In this document: one piece after another, positions 37,702 to 46,887 of the stretch
Position numbering within the stretch: position 1 is the stretch's first letter
Layout of the letters: each line of letters starts with the position of its first letter
Assembly (NCBI RefSeq): GCF_004010195.1
Contig: NC_057719.1
Location: 6,277,054-6,323,940 of the forward strand
Length of the DNA stretch: 46,887 bases
Source of the DNA: Chiloscyllium plagiosum
Lineage: Eukaryota
Direction: 5' to 3'
The notes under the pieces: model-generated
The model's input: the letters and a program-made list of their open reading frames with translations, nothing else
The model's database searches: none
Told to the model about the DNA's origin: nothing
Position numbers and translations under genes: made by a program

Positions 37702-38887
37702 TGGAGAAGTCAATGTTTCAGGTGTAACTCTTCTTCACAGTTTTGATTGGAGCTCATTGGGAATTTTCAGATGACCTTTTTGCATCCTTCAGGACTAAAC
37801 ATTTGTTTCGGAAATGTTGGTCGGAGAATCGGCTGCGTTTTGTTGGATGATGATTGTGCTTTGTCCATTTACATTTTCTCTAGACTCGTTTTCTTTCTTG
37901 ACTCTGCCAACTCATTTGGGCCATTATCCCTTTCATTACAGAATCTCTACCATATCTCTGCGTTGCCCTCTCGCCCTTTTTCCCTCCCTCTCTTCTCTCT
38001 CTGTTTCAATAACCACCATCCGGTCCACCCTTTTATCTGCCTTGAACCAGCTCCATCTCTAACCTTCCCCGGATCTGATGAAAACTCGTTGCACTGGAAT
38101 GTAACTCATTCTTTCATTGTTCATGATTCAGTGCAGCAGCTAATTAGCCAGCCGCTGTAACTCTGTGGTAGTGTCCCTAACTCTTGTGCCAGGTTCCGTT
38201 ACTTCCTGGCCATTTCACTAGATCTCTGTCACTAGATCTCTGAACAGGTTGATCAGAAAATATCTTCGATCAACTCAGCTTGTAACATTACATTGTTTTA
38301 AATCCCCTCATAGCCCAGGGGGAAATCTGAAATAAAGACAAAGTGCCAGAGAAACTCAGCAGGTCTTGGAGAGAGAAACAAAGTTAATGATTCAAGTTAT
38401 TTTAACCGATTTCTTGTTCCACAAAAGCCAACAGACTTGCTGAGTATTTTCAGAATTTTCTGTCATTTAAAAAACTGATGTCCTTCAGGGAAGGAAATCT
38501 GCTGTCTTTACCATGACTGGCCTACATGTGACTCCAGACCCAAGCAATATAGCTGACTCTCAAATGGCCAGGAAGTAACGGAATTGTCAAGGGAAGTGAG
38601 TAACCACCTTCAGGGAATTTAAATACTCACATTCTCTGAATGAATGCAGAAATGTTAGCACGCCTGTTTAATCTAGAATGTCCGATGAGCATTTTTTTTC
38701 TGCTTTTGTTTGTGTTCACAAGTCTACCTGTGCTGTCTTGAGTCCCCCTGGTATGAGCGTGGCTATTTATAATTTATAACTGTGACGAAATGGGGACACA
38801 TTAACTAAACTCTGGGCAAGTGCGTGGTGACTGGCCTTAAAAGACCGGTCATGCCTTGAAGGTGTAGCAACAATCCAGGCTGTTAAA

Positions 38888-38893
38888 TATAAA
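38888..38893 (+). promoter_or_regulatory. Candidate TATA box of the EpCAM-like gene
   Basis: TATAAA about 130 bp upstream of the ATG of the signal-peptide exon, in repeat-free sequence. Confidence 0.45.
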
Positions 38894-39018
38894 CCAGGGG
38901 GGATTTGCCTGACTGCTTTAACCTGCTAAAGCTGAAGGTGATTTGGTCACTAGGCTGTTAGGCTGGCATTTTGCTGAGAGTGGCAAGTGAGGGGGGTCCC
39001 ACCCTGAGGAGCACAGCG

Positions 39019-39088
39019 ATGGGCAGGACTGGCTGTCTGTTTGTGTTGCTGCTAACTGATTATGTTCGCGCCGTGTTGGCGATACCAG
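39019..39088 (+). CDS. Putative exon 1 (signal peptide) of an EpCAM/TACSTD2-family gene
   Basis: gcgATGG Kozak-like context; MGRTGCLFVLLLTDYVRAVLAIP (basic N-terminus, hydrophobic core, V-L-A cleavage-like motif); strong phase-1 donor cag|gtaagc, the same phase as EPCAM exon 1. Confidence 0.62.
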
Positions 39089-39149
39089 GTAAGCTGACCA
39101 GGTGAACAACTTGAGCGGGAGATCTTCATTGCTCAGACCTTTGAGAATC

Positions 39150-39620
39150 AGCGTTGGAACGTCAACTTGAGGTTGTACAAGACGTTGGTGAGGTCTCTTT
39201 CTGGAATGCTGTGTCCAGCTGTTCGCACTGTTAAAGGAAGGAAATTATTAAACTGGAGAAGGTCCAGAAAAGACTCACCATGATGCTTCTGAGACTGGAG
39301 GGTGTGAGATATAAAAATAGACTGGAAAGACTGAGACCTTTTCATTTGGAGCGTAGGAACTTGAAGGGTGACCTTTATAGAGGTTTCTAAAATCATGAAG
39401 AGCAGAGTGAAGGTGAATGACAAAGGTCTTTTCCCTTCGTGGGGAGAGTTCAAAACTAGGGGAACAGTTTTAAGGTGAGAGGAGAACGATTTAAAAAGGA
39501 CGGGAGGGGCAACATTTTTACACAGAGAGTGGTTCATGTGTGGAATGAACTGCCAGAGGAAGTGATGGATACATGTACAGTTATAATGTTTAAAAGACAT
39601 TTGGATAAGTTTGTGAATAG
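39150..39620 (+). mobile_element. CR1 LINE 3' fragment
   Basis: GERFKKDGRGNIFTQRVVHVWNELPEEVMD. Confidence 0.82.
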
Positions 39621-40239
39621 CTCCTGTGTGTTCCTGAGGGAGAGCTGCGCCAACCCCAGATGCCAGCCTTCAGGGGGACATTGAACCCTACCAGCTCCCT
39701 GGGCTGGGTCCCATGGCACTAATCTGGAGAAGAGTACGGGAATTTTCCCTGTTATCTCTGCACCAATACTCATCCCTCTACCAACATCACCAAAGCAGAC
39801 AATCTGCCACATCGCGGTAGGTGGGATCCTGCTGTGCACCCCGTGGATTGATGCGCCTGCTAAGTTACAGCCCGGGCAATCTGACCACACCCCTGTAGAA
39901 GAGCTCCATTGGCTGTAGAGTGCATTGGGATACCCGAAGGTTGTCAAAGATGACCCTGGCACTGGAAAGATCCTTGACCAGGGATTCAGTGGGTACAGAA
40001 TGAGTTCAGCATTGGTGAGTGGGTTGGGGGAGGGGTGAGGAGTGTGCGGCTGGCTAATGGACGGAGGGGAGTAGAGAGCCGAGGGAGGTCTGCAAAAGAG
40101 TGCAAATGAAGTTGTGCAAGTTGGTGAGGCCTCTTTCCTGAGTACGGTGTCCCGTTCTGGTCGCCCTGTTACAGGAAGGAGATTATTAAACTAGAGAAAC
40201 GTTACGGAGGAGTCACTGAGGGCCTAGAGGAAGTGACAG

Positions 40240-40332
40240 TCTCTCTCTCTCTGTGTCTGTCTCTCCCTCTCACCTGCCTCCCTCTTCCCCTCACCTCTCT
40301 CTCCTCTCATTATATATCTCTCTCTCTCCCCC

Positions 40333-40367
<35 letters not shown>

Positions 40368-40402
40368 GGACTGTGAAGCTGCTTTCTGTCTCTCTCTCTC
40401 TC
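40240..40402. repeat. (CT)n-rich microsatellite tract
   Basis: Directly visible. Confidence 0.85.
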
Positions 40403-40812
40403 TGGACAGTCAGTGAGTCTCTGGCATTTGCCATGCTGCTCACTTCAGAAAAAACCAAGAGGATCCATGAGATTGGTCTGCAGGTAAACCCTGTTTTTAT
40501 CTCTTTTTGGATGGTTTTCTGGAACTTTCTCCAATTCTGGCCAACCAGGGAGACAGAGTTAATAGTTTGAAACATTGACAATCATTTGGATGGCTTGCTA
40601 CTGCTTGTTTCTTTATGTAGCAGGATCCTGTGCCTTTCTGTCTGGGCCTTCCTTTATTTAGTCGATAAATTGTTGGGGATTTGTCTATCCCAGGATAACT
40701 TTACTTTTTACATTCTGCTGATATCATTAGCAACTTTAGACTTTTGCTTAGCTAATGTACCCAGCATCCCTTGCTGTTTGGCTAAGATAGCAATCTGTGT
40801 TTTAACAGCCAG

Positions 40813-40920
40813 GACACTGCTGCAGTAGATGCTTTTCAGTAGTCAATGTCATGCCCACAGCATGTACCTGCAGGTGTGCAGCAAAATCACTGCACGAGCT
40901 GCAAAGAAATGGCCATCTCC
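40813..40920 (+). CDS. Candidate exon 2 (Cys-rich N-domain) of the EpCAM-like gene
   Basis: ccag|GA…CTCC|gtaagt; 108 bp, phase 1 to 1, open frame (G)HCCSRCFSVVNVMPTACTCRCAAKSLHELQRNGHL with 6 Cys; joins exons 1 and 3 in frame. Cys spacing differs from EPCAM and there is a competing AG 4 nt upstream, so the call is tentative. Confidence 0.33.
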
Positions 40921-41800
40921 GTAAGTTAAACTTGAATAATCTTCAATGGAGAGAAGGGAGCTATTTTTCCTCAATTAGGTTACCACTACAGCCAGTTAAG
41001 GAACTCATCCAATCCCACTCTGAGGAGTTGACCACAACATGCCAGGTGCTTGATCCTGCTGGAGTCTGGGATTCTGTGTCCTTGCAGTTTGGGGATTGGG
41101 CCATCGTTTGTCATGCTGGTCAAGTACAAGCAGGTATGTCAGTCAATGTGCTGTGGAAATGACCATCCGGGTGCTGGGCTGTTCTCAGCTGGGGCTTTCC
41201 TGCCAGCAGCTGTGCCACAAAGGGGCTTATCATGGGGTCGTCCATGAAGTCCTGTGGAAGGTGTGGGGATGGGGTTCATGGTAATACAGGGATGGCTCCT
41301 GGGAGCCAATAAAGGGGGCACGTCCTGGATGCAGAGGAAATGCAGGATTGAAAATAATCTTCTAAGGATGAAAGCAGAAGGGACATCTAGGAAACCATGA
41401 TAGAGCTGTGCACTGTTGAGCACATGAGGCCAGACAGAATTTCATTGAATCCCACTCCCAGCAAGAAGAATCCATGTTTGGACTTTGTCATTGAGTAACT
41501 TTCTGTTGGTTTAAAGGAAAGCAGCCTCTGGTCAGTTCACGTGGACCTGGTTATTTCTGTATGCATTAAAAAGAGTTGCTGAATAAAAGTTTACCTGTCC
41601 ATGTGATTGCATGTGTGATATCTTTCGGTGATCTCTCTGTAAAGAATCTGTACATTACTGTCTTACACACCATGAGTAAGAAAGCATCAGCCAGTAGAAG
41701 TCGTCCAAAGCATTGTATTCTGCTCACGTTAATTGGCTTTTAAGGTTTCAATTAACATATGATATTTGAATATTGTACAGTGACGTGCCTCATGATAGAC

Positions 41801-42788
41801 NNNNNNNNNNNNNNNNNNNNNNNNNNNNNNNNNNNNNNNNNNNNNNNNNNNNNNNNNNNNNNNNNNNNNNNNNNNNNNNNNNNNNNNNNNNNNNNNNNNN
41901 NNNNNNNNNNNNNNNNNNNNNNNNNNNNNNNNNNNNNNNNNNNNNNNNNNNNNNNNNNNNNNNNNNNNNNNNNNNNNNNNNNNNNNNNNNNNNNNNNNNN
42001 NNNNNNNNNNNNNNNNNNNNNNNNNNNNNNNNNNNNNNNNNNNNNNNNNNNNNNNNNNNNNNNNNNNNNNNNNNNNNNNNNNNNNNNNNNNNNNNNNNNN
42101 NNNNNNNNNNNNNNNNNNNNNNNNNNNNNNNNNNNNNNNNNNNNNNNNNNNNNNNNNNNNNNNNNNNNNNNNNNNNNNNNNNNNNNNNNNNNNNNNNNNN
42201 NNNNNNNNNNNNNNNNNNNNNNNNNNNNNNNNNNNNNNNNNNNNNNNNNNNNNNNNNNNNNNNNNNNNNNNNNNNNNNNNNNNNNNNNNNNNNNNNNNNN
42301 NNNNNNNNNNNNNNNNNNNNNNNNNNNNNNNNNNNNNNNNNNNNNNNNNNNNNNNNNNNNNNNNNNNNNNNNNNNNNNNNNNNNNNNNNNNNNNNNNNNN
42401 NNNNNNNNNNNNNNNNNNNNNNNNNNNNNNNNNNNNNNNNNNNNNNNNNNNNNNNNNNNNNNNNNNNNNNNNNNNNNNNNNNNNNNNNNNNNNNNNNNNN
42501 NNNNNNNNNNNNNNNNNNNNNNNNNNNNNNNNNNNNNNNNNNNNNNNNNNNNNNNNNNNNNNNNNNNNNNNNNNNNNNNNNNNNNNNNNNNNNNNNNNNN
42601 NNNNNNNNNNNNNNNNNNNNNNNNNNNNNNNNNNNNNNNNNNNNNNNNNNNNNNNNNNNNNNNNNNNNNNNNNNNNNNNNNNNNNNNNNNNNNNNNNNNN
42701 NNNNNNNNNNNNNNNNNNNNNNNNNNNNNNNNNNNNNNNNNNNNNNNNNNNNNNNNNNNNNNNNNNNNNNNNNNNNNNNNNNNNNNNN
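41801..42788. other. Assembly gap (988 N)
   Basis: Run of N; the right edge resumes inside a CR1 fragment (42789-42990). Confidence 1.
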
Positions 42789-43446
42789 CGAGCAGATAGG
42801 GGAAGCCCTAAATGAGTATTTTGCTTCGGTTTTCACCAAGGAAAGGGAACTTGTTGTAAATGAAAACTTAGAGGAGCTGGGATACAGTCTTGACCAGCTC
42901 AAGATTGATGAAGATGTTGTGCTAGAAATTTTGGAAAACATTAAGATTGATAAGTCCCTAGGGCCAGACCAGCTTTATCCTAGGCTGCTCGGGAATTCGA
43001 TTAACGAGCGAAATACTCCCCACCTGTGTCCTTTGGATAACTGACGATATGTAGTGTATACAGACACACGTACATAGCGTGTATGATCCTGTCTGTATCA
43101 CATCACATAACCCCACTGTGTGGCTGACTACATGGCACAGCTGTTTCTGGGATCCAGATCCACTCCAGAACTTAATCACAAAAGCCACGGCAGGACTGAG
43201 GGTGACAATTTCCGATTGAGATGAGGAGGAATTTCTTCCCTAAGAGGGCTAAGAGACTTTGGAACTCCTTGCCACAGAGAGCTGTGGGGGCACAGTCCTT
43301 ATGTATATTTAAGGCTAACAGAGAGAGAGTCTTGATCTGTCAGGGAATCCAGGGTTACAGGGCAAAGGGCAGGAAGGTGGATGTGAGGAATGTCAGATCA
43401 GCCATGATCCTGTTGAGTGGCCGAGCAGGTTCAAGGGGCTGACCTA

Positions 43447-45630
43447 TAGTCATGGAGTGGGAAAGGGGCAGACGGTGTAGGAAAGTGTTTAATTGGGAGA
43501 GGGGAAAAATACAATGCGATTAGGCAGGAACTGGGCACCTAAATTGGGAACAGATGTTCTCAGAGAAATGCATGACAGAAATGTGGAGGTTGTTTAGGGA
43601 GCATTTGCTAATAGTTTTGGATAGGTTTGTCCCACTGAGGCAAGGAGGGGATAGTCAGGTGAAAGAACCTTGGGTGACAAGGGATGTGGAACATCTAGTC
43701 AAGAGGAAGAAGAAAGCTTACTTAAGGTTGAGGAGGCAAGGATCAGACAGGGTTTTGGAGGGTTTCAAGGTAGCCAGGAAGGAACTGAAGAATGGACTGA
43801 GGACAGTTAGATGGGGACAGGAAAAAGCTTTAGCGGGTAGGAATAAGGAAACCCCTAAGGCATTCTACACTTATGTGAGGAACAAGAGGATGGTCAGAGT
43901 GAGGGTAGGGCCAATCAGGGATAGTGGAGGGAACTTGTGCCTGTATTCAGAGGAAGTAGGGGAGGTCCTTAATAAATACTTTGCTTCAATGTTCACTCCT
44001 GAGAGGGACCTTGACGATTCTGAGGACAGCATGAAACAGACTACTATGTTCGAACAGGTTGATGTTAAGAAGGAGGATGTGCTGAAAATTTTGAAAAATG
44101 TAAGGATAGATAAGTCAAGGTTTCTACAGGAAGTGAGGGAAGACATTGTTGCGCCTTTGGCAATGATCTTTGTGTCCTCACTGTCCACTGGAGTAGTACC
44201 AGATGATTGGAGGGTGGCAAGTGTTATTCCTTTGTTCAAGAAAGGGAATAGGGATAAGCCTGGGAATTACAGACAAGTTAGTCTTACATTGGTGGTGGGC
44301 AAATTATTGGAGAGAATTCTGAGAGACAGGATTTATGATTACTTGGAAAACCATAGTTTAATTGGAGATAGTCAGCATGGCCTTGTGAAGAGGTCATACC
44401 TCACAAACCTTATTGAATTATTTGAGGATGAGACAAAATACGCTGATGAAGGTAGAGCAGTGGGTGTGATGTACATGGATTTTAGCAAGGCATTTGATAA
44501 AGTTCCCCATGGTAGGCTCATTCAGAAGGTAAAGAGACATGGGATACAAGGAAACCAGTCTGTCTGGATACAGAATTGGCTGGGCCATAGAAGACAGAGG
44601 GTGGTGGTAGATGGAAAGTATTCAACCTGGAGCTTGGTGACCAGTGGTGTTCCGCAGGGATCGCTTCTGGGACCTCTGCTCTTTGGGATTTTTATAAATG
44701 ACTCAGACAAGGAAGTGGAAGGTTGGGTTAGTAAGTTTATCGTTGACACAAAGGTTGGTGGAGTTGTGGATGGTGTGCAGGGCTGTTGTAGGTTGCAATG
44801 AGACATTTTCAGGACACAGAGCTGGGCTGAGAAGTGGCAGATGGAGTTCAACTTGGAAAAATGTGAAGTGATTCATTTTGGAAGGTCGAATTTGAATGCA
44901 CACTACAGGGTTAAAGGCAGGATTGTTGGCAGTGTGGAGGAACAGAGGGATCTTGGATCCATGTCTGTAGATCCCTCAAAGTTGCCACCCAAGTTGATAA
45001 GGTTGTTAAGAAGACGTATTGTGTGTTGGCTTTCATTAGTGGTGGGATTGAGTTTAAGAGCCGCGAGGTTATGCTGCAGCTCTGTGGAGTCCTAGTTAGA
45101 CCACACTTGGAATATTGTGTTCAGTTCTGGTCACCTCATTATAGGATAGATGTGGAAGCTTTAGAGAGGATGCAGAGGAGAGTGACCAGGAAGCTGCCTG
45201 GACTGGAGGGCATGTCTTATGAAGAAAGGTTGAGGGAACTAGCAGTTTCTCATTGGAGCAAAGAAGGATGAAAGGTGACTTGGTTGAGGTGTACAAGATG
45301 TTGAGCGGCATAGAAAGAGTAGATAGCCAGAGACTTTTTCCCAGGGCAGAAATGGCTATCACAAGGGGACATAATTTTAAGGTGACTGGAGGAAGGTTTA
45401 GGGGAGATGTCACAGGTAGGTTCTTTACACAGAGAGTGGTGGGTTTGTGGTGCCCATAGTGGTAGTAGAGTCAGTTACATTAGGGACATTTAACCCACTC
45501 TTGGATAGGTACATTGATGATAGTAAAATGAAGGGTAGTTGGGTATTTTGATCTTAGAGTAGGATAAAAGGTCGGCAGCACATCAAGGGCCGAAGGGCCT
45601 GTTCTGTGAACTACTGTTCTGTGTTCTAAA
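43447..45630 (+). mobile_element. ~2.2-kb 5'-truncated CR1 (HER1-like) LINE, RT pseudogenised
   Basis: 415-aa ORF 43554-44801 (DWRVASVIPLFKKG, YMDFSKAFDKVPH, SGVPQGSLLGPLLF); catalytic FADD motif mutated to FIVD; stop and frameshifts downstream. Confidence 0.92.
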
Positions 45631-45674
45631 GAGCTGCCCAAATGATGGCTGTCAATTGCTTTTTTTTAAAAATC

Positions 45675-45865
45675 CTATCTGGTTCACTAATGTCCTCCAG
45701 GGAAGGAATTTGCCATTCTTACTTGGTCCGGCCTACATGTGACTCCAGACCCAAAGCAACGTGATTGATGTTTACCCGCCCTCTGTGATTGGCTCAGTCC
45801 GAGGGAAATTAGAGACGGATAATGAATTCTGGTCTTGCCCGTGACACCCACATCCCATGAAAGAA
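45675..45865 (+). mobile_element. LF-SINE-like core/tail remnant
   Basis: ctggttcactaatgtcctccagggaagg…ggcctacatgtgactccagaccc…cccacatcccatgaaagaat. Related copies at ~19620-19780, 20940-21050 and 38475-38645. Confidence 0.55.
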
Positions 45866-45962
45866 TGTGTTAACCCATATCGTCTGTGTTTATCTCCGTG
45901 TCTGAGACACGTCGTATGGACTGCCTCCGTTTTGATGCACTGGTTCATTCCGATCTTTCCAG

Positions 45963-46203
45963 TGACCCCGAAATGCCGGCTATTGCACCTGGAGATGCTT
46001 CACAAGATGCGGACAGCGAGCAGCCAGCCTGGGGGTAGGAGGGTGGATGACCTGTACGACCCGGACTGTGAGACCAATGGCACCTTCAAGGCCAAGCAGT
46101 GTGATGATGACTCCAACCTCTGCTGGTGTGTGGACAGTGCAGGGGTCAGGGTCACTGACAAGACTGGCGACGACCCCAAATGTGACCAGCTCGTCCGTGT
46201 CCA
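45963..46203 (+). CDS. Thyroglobulin type-1 domain exon of an EpCAM/TACSTD2(Trop2)-family gene (EPCAM exon 3 equivalent)
   Basis: atctttccag|TG…CA|gtgagt; 241 bp, phase 1 to 2; TPKCRLLHLEM…DDLYDPDCETNGTFKAKQCDDDSNLCWCVDSAGVRVTDK…KCDQLVRV has the family signature YDPDC…G.FKAKQC…CWCV..AGVR and 6 Cys. Confidence 0.9.
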
Positions 46204-46299
46204 GTGAGTTCCACTCTGTGATGTTCAGAATGAGTCGGGCTTCCCCTGAGGAAAACTCCCTGCCTGGCATCGCTGCCCACCTCGCACTCCGCTATTATC

Positions 46300-46620
46300 A
46301 CGGCAGCATGATGGCTCAGTGGTTAGCACTGCTGTCTCACAGCGCCAGGGACCTGGTTCAATTCCTGCCTTGGACGACTGTCTGTGTGGAGTTTGCACAT
46401 TCTAACTGTGTCTGTGTGGGTTTCCTCCGGGTGCTCCGGTTTCCTCCCACAGTCCAAAGATGTGCAGGTCAGGTGAATTGGCCATGCTAAATCGCCCATA
46501 GTGTTAGGTGCATTTGTCAGGGTAAATATAGGGAAATGGGTCTGGGTGGGTTACTCTTCGGAGGGTCGGTGTGGATTTGTTGGGCCAAAGGACCTGTTTC
46601 CACATTGTAGGGAATCTAAT
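46300..46620 (+). mobile_element. HE1-like V-SINE
   Basis: A box tggctcagtgg, B box ggttcaattcc, V-domain, tail gggaatctaatct. Confidence 0.88.
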
Positions 46621-46625
46621 CTATA

Positions 46626-46887
46626 TACTGAAATCCCCCCTGCTATCACCATGATATTAACAAAATCCCCCCGGCTATCACCATGGTATTACCGAAATCC
46701 CCCCTGCTATCACCATGGTATTTACTGAAATCCCCCCCGCTAACACCATGGTATTTATTGAAATCCCCCCTGCTATCACCATGGTATTTACTGAAATCCC
46801 CCCCGCTAACACCATGGTATTTACTGAAATCCTCCCTGCTATCACCATGGTATTACCAAAATCCCCCCCGCTATCACCATGGTATTT
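46626..46887. repeat. 32-33-bp minisatellite (actgaaatcccccctgctatcaccatggtattt), ≥8 copies, runs off the window
   Basis: Directly visible tandem array starting immediately after the SINE tail. Confidence 0.92.

Noticed and set aside
31479..38880. PSMC1 terminal exons expected tail-to-tail with NRDE2 as in human
   Set aside because: No PSMC1-like peptide recognised on the - strand in this interval or elsewhere in the window.
41759..43044. 346-423 aa ORFs in the track
   Set aside because: They are artefacts of translating through the N gap; the non-N part is a CR1 fragment.
43554..44801. Functional reverse-transcriptase gene
   Set aside because: 5'-truncated (no APE endonuclease), catalytic DD motif mutated to VD, premature stop and frameshifts.
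45963..46203. Assigning the symbol EPCAM or TACSTD2, or calling thyroglobulin/nidogen/CD74
   Set aside because: The motif and exon phases favour the EpCAM family, but orthology cannot be fixed without synteny or phylogeny; canonical TACSTD2 is intronless.

Overview
Vertebrate genomic DNA, inferred to be from a cartilaginous fish (shark-like): it carries HE1/V-SINE-like SINEs, dense CR1 LINEs and Penelope-like elements. The window contains the last eight coding exons of NRDE2 on the + strand (782-31478; about 690 C-terminal residues). All introns are GT-AG and the phases join into one open frame. Downstream on the same strand lies the 5' part of an intron-containing EpCAM/TACSTD2-family gene: a TATA box and signal-peptide exon at about 38.9-39.1 kb, a candidate Cys-rich exon 2, and a clear 241-bp thyroglobulin type-1 exon at 45963-46203. 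Its position next to NRDE2 suggests it is not EPCAM itself but a whole-genome-duplication sister gene on the CALM1/KCNK13/TTC7B paralogon, with no counterpart in human. The rest is mostly retroelement debris. At least four Penelope-like short-element families carry minimal hammerhead-ribozyme motifs (two copies with intact cores), several with inverted ends and target-site duplications. A 49-bp minisatellite derives from one such element end. There is a 988-bp assembly gap.
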